A program made the translations under genes and the position numbers. Positions 29,313 through 39,505 of a stretch of DNA of 64,000 nucleotides are shown in pieces. The notes under the pieces are model-generated. The model did no database searches and had not been told where the DNA came from. It was given only the letters and a program-made list of their open reading frames with translations. Position 1 is the first letter of the stretch, and each line of letters opens with the position of its first letter. Source of the DNA: an uncultured Gammaproteobacteria bacterium (GTDB lineage: Bacteria; Patescibacteriota; Patescibacteriia; Magasanikbacterales; JBBTQS01); NCBI GenBank assembly GCA_964627055.1, contig CAZVGV010000002.1, positions 19,802 through 83,801 on the forward strand, written 5' to 3'.

Positions 29313-30070
29313 TGACTGGCATGTGGGCGCTTTACGCGCGCGAAGTCAAGCGCTTCCAAAAAATTCTTCTCGACACTCTCGCAAGTCCCATCATGTCCGT
29401 AGTGCTCTACCTTGGAATCTTCGGGGTTGTTGCTGCCGGACGGTTTATTGATGGCATCCCCTACATCACGTTCGTATATACAGGACTACTTGGCATGATG
29501 ATGGTCAACAGTAGTTTTTCCAATCCAGCATACGCGCTTGTCATTGCAAAAAACCTTGGAAACATCATTGACCTACAACTTGTACCTCTCAAATCCTGGC
29601 AGATCGGTCTTGCCTACACCCTTGCAGCAATGACCCGTGGAGTTTTAACCATGATCGTCGCAATTCTTGCGACCGTATGGTTCATACCTGGACTACATAT
29701 CGAACACGGATGGTACCTACTCGCAGGTATTCTCATTACCGGTCTTGAATTTGGTTCACTCGGAGTTGTATTTGGTATGTGGGCAAAGAGCTTCGAATCA
29801 CTCACCTTCGTTACAACGTTTGTCATGCAACCCATGATCTTTCTCGCGGGAGTATTCTACCCAATCGCCGACCTCCCTCATCCTTGGTCAGTAGTTAGCG
29901 CGTGGAACCCCATCCACCACACAATCAATGTGCTGCGCTACGCAGTGACGGGGTACGCAGACACTCCACCACATCAGTCACTACTGGTTATGATCAGTAT
30001 CGCCATCGCACTCTTTATCTGGATGCACCTGAGCACACAACGCGGCCTTCGACGCGTAAAGGCACAGTAA
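29309..30070 (+). CDS. ABC-2 transporter permease (YadH-like)
   Basis: Six TM segments; FLAGVFYP, WNPI; overlaps the ATPase stop. Confidence 0.9.
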   Translation: MMTGMWALYAREVKRFQKILLDTLASPIMSVVLYLGIFGVVAAGRFIDGIPYITFVYTGLLGMMMVNSSFSNPAYALVIAKNLGNIIDLQLVPLKSWQIGLAYTLAAMTRGVLTMIVAILATVWFIPGLHIEHGWYLLAGILITGLEFGSLGVVFGMWAKSFESLTFVTTFVMQPMIFLAGVFYPIADLPHPWSVVSAWNPIHHTINVLRYAVTGYADTPPHQSLLVMISIAIALFIWMHLSTQRGLRRVKAQ

Positions 30071-30081
30071 GCATTGCACAT

Positions 30082-30130
30082 AAAAAAACAATCGCCTCAT
30101 AGGTGTTCTACCCGTGAGGCGTGTTTTTGT
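30082..30130. terminator. Bidirectional terminator between convergent genes
   Basis: A-run, CGCCTCA...TGAGGCG stem, T-run. Confidence 0.7.
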
Positions 30131-30144
30131 GCGTGCGCATCATG

Positions 30145-30660
30145 TCACCCTCCTGCGGGTGTGATGACATAGGCACAACCTCCGTTTAGGAGCTGCTTAC
30201 CCGAGATGGCCCAAGTACCCTCGTAGAGTCGCCACTCTGCCGTACGCTTTCGTTCCGGATCTTGACGATTGAGGGTAATGGACAGCAACGCCACAATTCC
30301 AGTGGAAGTCGTAAGCGATCTTCCATCCCACCGCGTATTTCTTCCATACGAACGAATGTGAAAATCGCTCGCAAGGTCAATACGCAATGTGACAGAAGCA
30401 TCTGCTGCAAGCGCGACATCCTGAGAATGAAGGAGGAGGAGCCCGTGTGCGACGTGTCTCCCAAGCCACTCCTTTTGGGGTGCAACTCCCTGGGGAATTG
30501 TTGCGCGTCCGCGATCCATCGCTAACTTAGACGGCAACCGAACGCACATGTGCACCTCACAAGCGTGAACAGCAGCCGAGTCAATCTGAAGCAGTTGAAC
30601 CACCTGCGAACCAGGCATATTACATCGCCTCGGATCTACACCAACAAACTCGAGAATCAT
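30145..30660 (-). CDS. Orphan hypothetical protein (SD-led class)
   Basis: GGAGG 5 nt before the ATG; promoter TTGACG-N17-TAGACT at 30721-30693. Confidence 0.6.
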   Translation of the reverse strand: MILEFVGVDPRRCNMPGSQVVQLLQIDSAAVHACEVHMCVRLPSKLAMDRGRATIPQGVAPQKEWLGRHVAHGLLLLHSQDVALAADASVTLRIDLASDFHIRSYGRNTRWDGRSLTTSTGIVALLSITLNRQDPERKRTAEWRLYEGTWAISGKQLLNGGCAYVITPAGG

Positions 30661-30726
30661 CGTTTCCTCCGTGCTTGAGCATCATCTGTGATAGTCTAGC
30701 CCGCCTGTCCAGTACCGTCAATAATA

Positions 30727-30762
30727 GAAAGACCAGGCTACTGAGATGCAGCCTGGTCTTTC
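30727..30762 (-). terminator. Terminator after large surface-protein gene
   Basis: GAAAGACCAGGCT/AGCCTGGTCTTTC 13-bp stem. Confidence 0.7.
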
Positions 30763-30776
30763 CTTGTAAGGATCTC

Positions 30777-33700
30777 TTAGCGCGTACCTGGGATGATGGT
30801 GTAATCAACGAAGTAGGCGTCGGGAACATCTACGACCTTCTTTGCCCAACCAGCACCATAAAGTTCAATCGCTCGAGCTTCTGTAGACACCCACTGCAAT
30901 GTTGCCTCTGCAACAATCGCATAGACCTTAGGCACGGTCGTAATCTTGATGAGATACGTGCCTGGTTTGATTGTCATATTCTTCCCGAGAGCAAATGTTG
31001 CAAGCTGAGCTGTGGTAATCGTTTTTACCTTGCTAAAGTCTTTACCGTACCAACTGCTATATACCGTCTCTGTTGGGAATGCTCGTCGTGTGCCAGTAGC
31101 ATCAATGAAGTAGACAGCGCTATTGCCAGCAACCTTCACCAGATCCCCCACGCTCAAACCAAATGGAATAATCACCCCTGGATTTGGCACTGTGTTCTGT
31201 GGAGCAGAAGGCTCTGATGGTGGCGCAGCAGGAGTAGCAGATGCCACGAGAGCAATTGTCGCTACAGCAACCTTCGATACAGAACCATCGCCATACGCGA
31301 GCTTCGCGTAGACAGTCTTCGTTCCCAATTGGCTACTGAGTTGATAGGAAAGTGTTGCAGCATACGGCTGCCAAACTCCGCCAATAAACTCTGGATTTTC
31401 ACTCAATGCTACTTCAACAGGCGAACCAGACGGTTGGAAGGCAACGGTGACCGTGGAGACACTGGTCATGGCTGCTCCTCCATTGAGACTCATCACGGGA
31501 GCAGAGGGTTGACTGCTCGTCTGCCCTGACCCGAATGCTGTTCCAGATGATGATGCAGCTGCAAGTGAAGCTGCGACAGTGGTTGTGGCTGCATCAGTGC
31601 TATCCTTGCTATCAATATACGCCACTTCCAATTCACCTGAGCTAGAGATTTCTAGAATCCCGTTCTCAGCAGCTACAGTGCCTGTGTTCTGAATTGTCAC
31701 TGAACCCAAGAAGATACCAGTAGCTACTCCAGTTTCGGTCATGGTTATTGTCTCAGCATCTCCATCATCACTGTAGACACGTATTGTGGAAAGAGTGTTC
31801 TGCGATGTTCCACTCAAATTCGCATCCAAATCTGTAACACTCACGTAGAGAGAACCATTGCTCTGATATGCAACAGCAGTAAGTTCTGATCCAGAACTAT
31901 TCGCAAAAATAAGACTTTCGTGTGGACGTTTGATAATTCCAGTTTCGGTAATTGTACCGCTATTCACGATGGTTCCAACAGATGGAACTGTCAGATACAC
32001 ACCACCACTAATGACCAACGTTGTGCCCGAAGTAACTGTCAATGTTCGCATAACTGTCGAACTCGACGTGAGCGTAAACGAAGATCCCGATGAATCAAGT
32101 GTCAAACTACCTGCATACACCGTACCGCTTGGAATGGTGCCACTCCCAGTAAATCGCACAGTACTTGTGCTCTGGAAACTGTACTGATTGGCAGCTGCAG
32201 CAATCATCTTTTCACTTCCTGTAGTTGTAATTGTGAGCGTTCCTCCATCCACTCGAACATACCCCAATGAGGTTGTCACCGAGGGACGCTCAACGGTCAA
32301 TGAATACCCAGCCGGAATGATCATGGTGCTTGATACCGCGATCTTACCTAGACTCATAGTACCCGCGCTTGCGCCGACCAACTGTTGTGTACCTGAAACC
32401 GTAGTAAGAATTGTTGTGGTGGCAGTTCCTGGCGTCCAACTCCCAGCTGCTGTCATGAGTGCATTACCTCTGAAGGAGACACCCGTAGTCCCTGATGGGA
32501 GCAAGATACTTGTTGAAGCTCCCGAAACCAGGAAATCACCCGAAACAATCATTGGCACGTTCATTGAACTGAAGTCGAGTGTACCAGTTGCAACAGTTAC
32601 ATCCACCACGTTCCAGTAGAACATGACATTCGATGGGGACGAACCCACCGACGTTGTACCTGGGAAAAGCGTTCCAGATGACTTGCGAATATGGACATCA
32701 TCGAACTGAGCTGTCGAAGAAACAAACTGGTCTCCAGTACCATCAAAAATTATGGTGTTTGTGCCTGCAGTTACACCCGTACCCCCAATTTTCTGTGTAA
32801 AGTTACCACCTACATTGAACTGACCAGTACCCCACTTGAGTGCGAGATAGGTGCCCGGTGCACACGTACCTGCTTGTGTATTATCGAGCAGCACTGTTCC
32901 ATCCGCATCGAGCTGCGCATTCTTGGTGCGAAAATCTGCAATTCCTTTTGTAACGCGCAAGTGTGTTGTACCAAGTCCACCTGAGAAGATCACTGTGTTC
33001 GCAGCACTGCACGAGCCTTCGATCAAGAATGTACCATTGAACTTGTGATCTACTGTCGAAGTCACATAGTACGTACTCGCAGTATTGGGACCAAAAGTAT
33101 ACGTTGTACTCGCAGTACTCAACGACGCACTTGCACCAATCTGAATATTGTTATCAAACGTCACTGCCCCAGTACCCAGCATCAGTCCCGCATCCGCATC
33201 GTCAGCCACTACCATCGCGCTCATCATTTGGAATGGGATATTGTTGGTCTGCATATCCAGCACTCCATTGGTTATCGTAAGCGAGCAGTAGACCGCAAGT
33301 GCATCTGTATCCACCAATACAGTATCTGTAGATCCACCAGTTGTATTGTTGATTTCTACATCACAATACCCACTCGAAGCACCGGGTCTAAATGTCTGTG
33401 CACCTGATGTACCCGCAAAAGTCAACGCGTACATGTGTGCCTCATTGAGCACCAAGGTACCCCCATTAATGAGCCAATCACCCTTAACGGTTGTTTCACT
33501 CGCCGGCAAATACGTACCCGAGTTGAGCACCAAATCATCATTGAACACCTCTGTACCACTACCAAATGTAGTTGTCACTGTTCCACCTGCGACCGTCATT
33601 GCACCATTGGCTGTCAACGTATGCGTCGCGATGTTGAATGTGCCTGCGGCAATTGTGGAAGACGCAATGGTTGCACTGGCGCCCAACGTAATTGTGCCTG

Positions 33701-33980
33701 TGTACCCAGATTCAACACGCACAACAAGGTTGCTATAACTTGAGGCAAATGTAGAATCCCAGGTTGCGTTAGATGCTGATGTGCCATTGAAAAGAATGGT
33801 ATCCCCATCTGTTGGCAGCGTATTACTGTCCCAGTTTGCAGCAGTACTCATGTTGCCGCTTCCATCCCATGTCTTAGTCGCAGCGTGGGCATTTCCTGAT
33901 GTGCTTAGCAGCAACGCGCAAAAAGCAATAATAGCACCGATTGCGCGCAATCCGTGCCCAGTTTCTGTACTCAGACTCAT
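30777..33980 (-). CDS. Large secreted Ser/Thr/Gly-rich beta-strand surface protein with C-terminal shared domain
   Basis: Signal peptide (AHA|ATKTWDG), repetitive GT(L/V)T strands, C-terminal GDLVK...LIKITTVPKVY...VDVPDAYF domain. Confidence 0.8.
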   Translation of the reverse strand: MSLSTETGHGLRAIGAIIAFCALLLSTSGNAHAATKTWDGSGNMSTAANWDSNTLPTDGDTILFNGTSASNATWDSTFASSYSNLVVRVESGYTGTITLGASATIASSTIAAGTFNIATHTLTANGAMTVAGGTVTTTFGSGTEVFNDDLVLNSGTYLPASETTVKGDWLINGGTLVLNEAHMYALTFAGTSGAQTFRPGASSGYCDVEINNTTGGSTDTVLVDTDALAVYCSLTITNGVLDMQTNNIPFQMMSAMVVADDADAGLMLGTGAVTFDNNIQIGASASLSTASTTYTFGPNTASTYYVTSTVDHKFNGTFLIEGSCSAANTVIFSGGLGTTHLRVTKGIADFRTKNAQLDADGTVLLDNTQAGTCAPGTYLALKWGTGQFNVGGNFTQKIGGTGVTAGTNTIIFDGTGDQFVSSTAQFDDVHIRKSSGTLFPGTTSVGSSPSNVMFYWNVVDVTVATGTLDFSSMNVPMIVSGDFLVSGASTSILLPSGTTGVSFRGNALMTAAGSWTPGTATTTILTTVSGTQQLVGASAGTMSLGKIAVSSTMIIPAGYSLTVERPSVTTSLGYVRVDGGTLTITTTGSEKMIAAAANQYSFQSTSTVRFTGSGTIPSGTVYAGSLTLDSSGSSFTLTSSSTVMRTLTVTSGTTLVISGGVYLTVPSVGTIVNSGTITETGIIKRPHESLIFANSSGSELTAVAYQSNGSLYVSVTDLDANLSGTSQNTLSTIRVYSDDGDAETITMTETGVATGIFLGSVTIQNTGTVAAENGILEISSSGELEVAYIDSKDSTDAATTTVAASLAAASSSGTAFGSGQTSSQPSAPVMSLNGGAAMTSVSTVTVAFQPSGSPVEVALSENPEFIGGVWQPYAATLSYQLSSQLGTKTVYAKLAYGDGSVSKVAVATIALVASATPAAPPSEPSAPQNTVPNPGVIIPFGLSVGDLVKVAGNSAVYFIDATGTRRAFPTETVYSSWYGKDFSKVKTITTAQLATFALGKNMTIKPGTYLIKITTVPKVYAIVAEATLQWVSTEARAIELYGAGWAKKVVDVPDAYFVDYTIIPGTR

Positions 33981-34036
33981 ACGTTTTTGATTGAATGCAT
34001 GGTACAAGTATACCACACAATCCACTCTACTACTCA

Positions 34037-35209
34037 TCACTCCCGGCTGTTTTCTGTGGATAGACCCGTCCCACGTGCATCGTGCAACAACTGTTGCATA
34101 TCTCGTGAGATAGTATTCCAATCGAATTGTTGCACATGCGCACGCGCTGCCGTGATTATGCAAGAACGAAGCACCTCATCATCACGCAATCGACTGATCG
34201 CTGTCGCAATCGAGTCTGGACTCTTTGGAACACAGAAGAGTCCTGTCTTTTCGTGTGTCACAATATCTGGGATCCCCCCCACTGGTGTTGCAACAACCGG
34301 TAGCCCAGCTGCCTGCGCCTCCAAAAATACATTGCCAAGTCCTTCAGAAAGCGAAGGTCTACAAAATACATCACCCGCATGCAAATACTGCGGAATCTCG
34401 CGGTACCCAACAGCGCCAACAAAATGAACACGATTTGCGATTGTTCCCGCCGCACGGCGCAACGATGATTCAAGTCCGCCGCTTCCTACGATGATGAGAT
34501 GCGTATCCTCTGAGAGCATCGAACAGGCTTCGATCAAATCACGAACTCCGTTCTTTTCGACCAAGCGGGATACTGTAACCACCACCCATGCATCCTCAGG
34601 AATATCCAGCTTCTTTCGCATGACGGAACGCGATGAAGATTCGGCTGCAAAGTGCGCAACATCAACGCCATTAGGAATTACCCTACAATGCGAACCGCTA
34701 TACCCCATTTTTTTCGACCACACTGCCAAGGATTCACTAATAGCATGAAGAGTCGTTGCACGACGAAAGACAGCTCGAACTAACCAAAAAAACCCACGAG
34801 ACGCACGACGAATATGCTCCTCACTGTCCCCTTCCTGCACTGACAATACAAACGGTGTGGCGGTGCGAAAACTCGCAACAATTCGAGCTGCAAGCCCACC
34901 GTAACTGGCCATAATCCCCCACAATATCGCTACATTTGTATGTCGCAATGAGACAAGTGGAGCCACAAGAGGCAAAAGCAATTTGTCGAGCATTGGAATA
35001 CCAAATCCAATGCGATGGACTTCCACACCATCAACAAGCTCAAACGTCGGCAATCCAGGACGTATGCGTGCACAGTACAGGATCCATCGATACTCTGGGA
35101 TACGCCGAGTCACTTCCTGTACCGCAATCTCCGCTCCGCCGATAAGTGGCAAATAGGCAGTGGAAAAAATCAGTACTGTTTTCTTTGCCTCCCGTGATGC
35201 GACTGACAT
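34037..35209 (-). CDS. GT4 glycosyltransferase
   Basis: IGGAE, IPNGVD, SRLVEKNG, EGLGNVFLE. Confidence 0.92.
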   Translation of the reverse strand: MSVASREAKKTVLIFSTAYLPLIGGAEIAVQEVTRRIPEYRWILYCARIRPGLPTFELVDGVEVHRIGFGIPMLDKLLLPLVAPLVSLRHTNVAILWGIMASYGGLAARIVASFRTATPFVLSVQEGDSEEHIRRASRGFFWLVRAVFRRATTLHAISESLAVWSKKMGYSGSHCRVIPNGVDVAHFAAESSSRSVMRKKLDIPEDAWVVVTVSRLVEKNGVRDLIEACSMLSEDTHLIIVGSGGLESSLRRAAGTIANRVHFVGAVGYREIPQYLHAGDVFCRPSLSEGLGNVFLEAQAAGLPVVATPVGGIPDIVTHEKTGLFCVPKSPDSIATAISRLRDDEVLRSCIITAARAHVQQFDWNTISRDMQQLLHDARGTGLSTENSRE

Positions 35210-35216
35210 ATACGCG

Positions 35217-36179
35217 TTAGGAATGAGTAGAGCGACGCAATTCTTTCTTAAAATAAGCTACGGTCTGTTGCAGTCCCTCACGAAGCGGCACGGTTGGTTC
35301 CCACCCGAGCTCAGTACGTGCACGGGTAATATCAGGCTGTCGACGTTGCGGATCATCTACACGAAACTCACCTGTACACACAATCTGACTTGTGCTCTTG
35401 GTCACAGCCAAAACCTCTTCTGCTAACGCGCGTACGGTACATTCAGACGGGTTTCCCAGGTTGATTGGGCCATGCACTGCTGGGGCACTAGCCATCATAC
35501 GAACCAAACCATCTACCAGATCACGCACATAACAAAAACTGCGCGTCTGGGAACCGTCACCATCCACTCGGATAGACTCCCCCCGAAGTGCTGCAACAAT
35601 AAAGTTACTCACGACACGTCCATCGTCCACCGCCATGTCTGGTCCGTACGTGTTGAAGATGCGCACCACCTTCACGGGTGCCTGATACTGGCGAACGTAT
35701 TCGAAGCATACGGTCTCGGCAAGACGTTTCCCTTCATCATAACAAGCACGGGGACCAATAGGGTTCACGGCACCAACATACGTCTCAGCTTGAGGATGAA
35801 CTTCAGGATCTCCATAGACCTCCGACGTTGAAGTATGGAGGAACGTTGCCTGTTTTGCTTGTGCAAAGGCAAGCAACTGTCTTACACCATCAACACTCGC
35901 TGCAATAGTCTCAAATGGGCGTGCGAAGTATTGTGCTGGTGATGCTGGACACGCCAGGTTATAGATTTCGTGTACCGGCTCACTGATTTTGAGTGGTCGT
36001 ACAATATCGTGCTTCTTGAATACAAATCTCCCCGAAGCACGCAGTCCACGCAGTCGCCGTGTATCACCAGTAATCAATGAATCAACACCGATAACACGAT
36101 GTCCTTGTTCCAAAAGTGTCCGAACAAGATGAGTACCGATAAATCCTGCTGCACCTGCGACCACAATGGTTTTTTGCAT
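35217..36179 (-). CDS. UDP-glucuronate decarboxylase / UDP-xylose synthase-like SDR
   Basis: GAAGFIG, NLACPASP, TSTSEVYGDP, CYDEGKR, RIFNTYGP, QTRSFCYV. Confidence 0.92.
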   Translation of the reverse strand: MQKTIVVAGAAGFIGTHLVRTLLEQGHRVIGVDSLITGDTRRLRGLRASGRFVFKKHDIVRPLKISEPVHEIYNLACPASPAQYFARPFETIAASVDGVRQLLAFAQAKQATFLHTSTSEVYGDPEVHPQAETYVGAVNPIGPRACYDEGKRLAETVCFEYVRQYQAPVKVVRIFNTYGPDMAVDDGRVVSNFIVAALRGESIRVDGDGSQTRSFCYVRDLVDGLVRMMASAPAVHGPINLGNPSECTVRALAEEVLAVTKSTSQIVCTGEFRVDDPQRRQPDITRARTELGWEPTVPLREGLQQTVAYFKKELRRSTHS

Positions 36180-36241
36180 AGACACTTGATTCTCTGTATG
36201 ATGCTAACTACACCACATTTCTTGGCAAAAGTAAACAAAAT

Positions 36242-37429
36242 ATGCGCGCCACACCTGCCAACCTTCCTCGCATCACACTAGGTCTTCTCATAACGCAGGG
36301 ACACTGGGGCGGAGCGCAGAGATATGTCTTTGATCTCGCCACTAGTCTTGCCCCTGAAATGCGAGTGATTGTTGGTGTTGGATCGCCCAACAGAGGTACG
36401 GAATTACAAGCGCGTCTTGCCGCATGGAATGCTACGCACCCCGCCACACCTATTGAAGTACAGCAACTCACACACCTCGTCCGAGAAATTGCTCCATGGC
36501 AAGACCTCCGCGCACTACGAGAGATTCGTCAGTTCGTCACTCGCAACCGTATCTCCATCTTGCACTGTAACAGTGCCAAGGCCTCAGTCATCGGGTCTCT
36601 AGCCCTCCTTGGAAGCAACGTTCGTCGTGTTATTACAATACATGGATTCACGCACACTGAACCACTTTCTACTCTACGAGCTCTGTTCTACCGGGAACTC
36701 GAACGCATCGCAACGAGATCTGTTGACCTTGTGATCTGTCCAGATGTAGCTTCCTACACGATTGCTCACGACCAATTTCATATCCCAGAAAAGAAACTGG
36801 CATGTATTCCACATACTATCGAAGAGCCGGCATTCCTCTCGCGCAAAGACGCACGCAGCGAACTCAGTCGCAGGTGTGGTGTGCCTATACCGCCGACCAC
36901 ACACGTCATCGGCTCGATCGCCAATCTGTACCACGTAAAGAATCACGCACTACTCCTCGAGAGTTTTGCAGAACTTGCACACACTGATCGAGACGCATTG
37001 TGTATCATCATCGGCGAAGGAAACGAACGCGCAGCACTTGAACGTCTGCGGGCAAGTCTAGCCTGTGCACACCGCATATTTTTTCTCGGGGCGATTGACA
37101 ATGCAGCGACACTCCTGCGTGGCTTTGATGTATTTGCTCTCACCTCCCATAAGGAAGGATATCCGTATGCGCTCTTAGAGGCCCGCGCTGCGGGAATCCC
37201 CATCGTTGCACGTGCTGTCGGTGGCTGTGCTGAAATTCTCAAGGACATAGCAACTGCGACCTGCCTCACAACTGCTCACGCCCCGGCTATAGCACAAGCG
37301 CTGCAAGCAGCATTGCAAAACACCACGTCTCCTGCCGCACACTTTTCGCGTAACCGTATGCAAGATGCGACAAAAGAACGGTATCTCGCGCTAATCACGG
37401 ATAAGCTTCTCGTAAAAGGTAACGAGTGA
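36242..37429 (+). CDS. GT4 glycosyltransferase
   Basis: WGGAQRYV, IANLYHVKN, EGYPYALLE. Confidence 0.9.
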   Translation: MRATPANLPRITLGLLITQGHWGGAQRYVFDLATSLAPEMRVIVGVGSPNRGTELQARLAAWNATHPATPIEVQQLTHLVREIAPWQDLRALREIRQFVTRNRISILHCNSAKASVIGSLALLGSNVRRVITIHGFTHTEPLSTLRALFYRELERIATRSVDLVICPDVASYTIAHDQFHIPEKKLACIPHTIEEPAFLSRKDARSELSRRCGVPIPPTTHVIGSIANLYHVKNHALLLESFAELAHTDRDALCIIIGEGNERAALERLRASLACAHRIFFLGAIDNAATLLRGFDVFALTSHKEGYPYALLEARAAGIPIVARAVGGCAEILKDIATATCLTTAHAPAIAQALQAALQNTTSPAAHFSRNRMQDATKERYLALITDKLLVKGNE

Positions 37430-39496
37430 TTGATCTTGCACTCGCTTGGCCATTTCAATAGCAGTCTTTCTCGCCATTTCAGTCATAGTCTCTGGTCGAC
37501 GTGTTGTCGCGTCCTTGAACATCTTTACAGAGGAGGTGGCGTCATCAAAAGCAGTATACAACAATCCCGCTCTCCAATATGACTGCCCGATACTTGGATC
37601 AAGAGCAATCGCCTCAAGCATTGCCGCCTCTGCTGCGACCTTGTTCCGTAACACGAGGTGCGCCTGAGCTACTTCGTACAAGAGTTGCTGACGCTTCGGA
37701 GAAAGTAATCGTGCCTCCTCAAGCTGTTGGAGTGCTGCATACTGCTTCGCAGCATTATTAGTAATGATCGCTTCCTGCTGCAACAGTTGCGCACGCAAAA
37801 TCGCTATACGTAGTTCATATGGACGTTTTTGCAGCTGCTGTTCAAGATCCGCAAGTACAATAGCGTAGGTTTCGTTATACACGGCACGCGCCAACGCTGC
37901 ATTTGCGTCAGTTGATGTATTAAGGATACGAAGAAGTGCTGTTGCAAACTCACGTACAATATCATCGTCATGAGGCGAGTCATACGTCTTGGCCTGCGCA
38001 TACTGACGCATAGCCTCGCGAATATATGGCACCGAACGCTGCACATTAGGATTTGCCTGTGCCACAGAGAGATATTGCAATGCAGCAAGTGTTGCGGTAT
38101 TTGCACGAGATGTGCGGATATTTCCCTGATACAGCAGCACAACTGCGGCGACGACAAGCACGGCAACCGGCCACGAAGCAGCAACTCGCGTTGGCTGCAT
38201 ACGAGGCAACTCCACTTCACCCAACGCACTTCGTCGGTCAATATAGGCCAACAAGATGAACCAAGCGAGATACGAAGTGACGTTATCAAACACAAACAAG
38301 TTGTGTACAAAGTAGGCGATTAAAAAGAGCTGAAGCGCGAGCGATTCACCCCAGTCCTCTCGACCAATACGAACCGCACCAAGATATGCGCAGATAAATA
38401 GCGCAAAGTATGCACTAAGCCCGACAACACCCTGTGTAGTAAGTGTATTAAAAACAATATTATGCGCGTTATCAAACCAGGTTTCTGAATCACCAAACCG
38501 TAAAAACTCAGGATTGAAATGTTGATTGAACGCAAAATAAAATGTATTAAGTCCCCATCCTTGGATCGGATGATCCTTCCATGCTTGCATGGCAAGTGTC
38601 CAGGTCATAATACGCGTTCTACCAGTACCTTCTGTAAGCGACAGATGCGTCATGCGATTCAAAAACGGCTGTTGCACCACAAGCGCAGTATCGCGCGCCA
38701 CCCATAGTCCACCAAGCAGCAACAAAAACAGTGTGCATCCAATACCTGTCCACGTTCGAATACGTTTAGGGGTTTCCTTACGAAGCAACACAATAAGTAG
38801 ACCAACCACAACTGCAACCGCAACGCCGATCATCGTTCCACGGGTTTTCGTCGGCAAGATGGTAGCAAGAGCAAGAACGCCGCTGACCATCCACACAAGA
38901 CGCAAATTCTTTCCACGTTCCTTCACCCACAATAACCCAGCGATCAGTGCCAAAAAAAGCGCATATCCACTCACATAGATCGTATTTCCAAGCGTCGAAC
39001 GCACACGATCGCTCCCCTCATTAAGAAGCAAGGTTGGATTCCCTACCTGCATCCACGCGATGCACACAAAAGGAACAGACGCGACCAAAATCCAGATAAA
39101 AAGCGCTCGCCATTCTTTCCATGTCCGGAACACATGTCGCGCAACAATATATAACGCGACATAATGCAGAATAGTAAACAATCCCAACATGCGTTCGTGA
39201 TTGTCCCAAAGACTACGTCGCACATCCACGCTCCACACTGTCGAAACTATACCTGCAACAACAAACCCAAGTACCGCGTACAGCATGGTAGAGCGGCGCA
39301 ACTGCGAACGTTCACTCACATACACAGCAAGATACCATCCATAAACGAGTGTCAGGAGTGTAATAAGAATCCGCAAGTACAACACCTTCGGAACTACAAA
39401 CGGGAATACATACGAAGTCGGTGTAACAATAAGTGGTGTGATAAACGCAAGGGCGACTCCCACCTGCAACACGCGCGTCATGAATCGATGAGACAT
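37391..39496 (-). CDS. O-antigen ligase/O-oligosaccharyltransferase-like membrane protein with C-terminal TPR
   Basis: RVRSTLGN, TKTRG, TRIMTW, PIQGWG, DNAHN, TPR-like tail. Confidence 0.85.
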   Translation of the reverse strand: MSHRFMTRVLQVGVALAFITPLIVTPTSYVFPFVVPKVLYLRILITLLTLVYGWYLAVYVSERSQLRRSTMLYAVLGFVVAGIVSTVWSVDVRRSLWDNHERMLGLFTILHYVALYIVARHVFRTWKEWRALFIWILVASVPFVCIAWMQVGNPTLLLNEGSDRVRSTLGNTIYVSGYALFLALIAGLLWVKERGKNLRLVWMVSGVLALATILPTKTRGTMIGVAVAVVVGLLIVLLRKETPKRIRTWTGIGCTLFLLLLGGLWVARDTALVVQQPFLNRMTHLSLTEGTGRTRIMTWTLAMQAWKDHPIQGWGLNTFYFAFNQHFNPEFLRFGDSETWFDNAHNIVFNTLTTQGVVGLSAYFALFICAYLGAVRIGREDWGESLALQLFLIAYFVHNLFVFDNVTSYLAWFILLAYIDRRSALGEVELPRMQPTRVAASWPVAVLVVAAVVLLYQGNIRTSRANTATLAALQYLSVAQANPNVQRSVPYIREAMRQYAQAKTYDSPHDDDIVREFATALLRILNTSTDANAALARAVYNETYAIVLADLEQQLQKRPYELRIAILRAQLLQQEAIITNNAAKQYAALQQLEEARLLSPKRQQLLYEVAQAHLVLRNKVAAEAAMLEAIALDPSIGQSYWRAGLLYTAFDDATSSVKMFKDATTRRPETMTEMARKTAIEMAKRVQDQSLVTFYEKLIRD

Positions 39497-39505
39497 ACCA
39501 ATATT

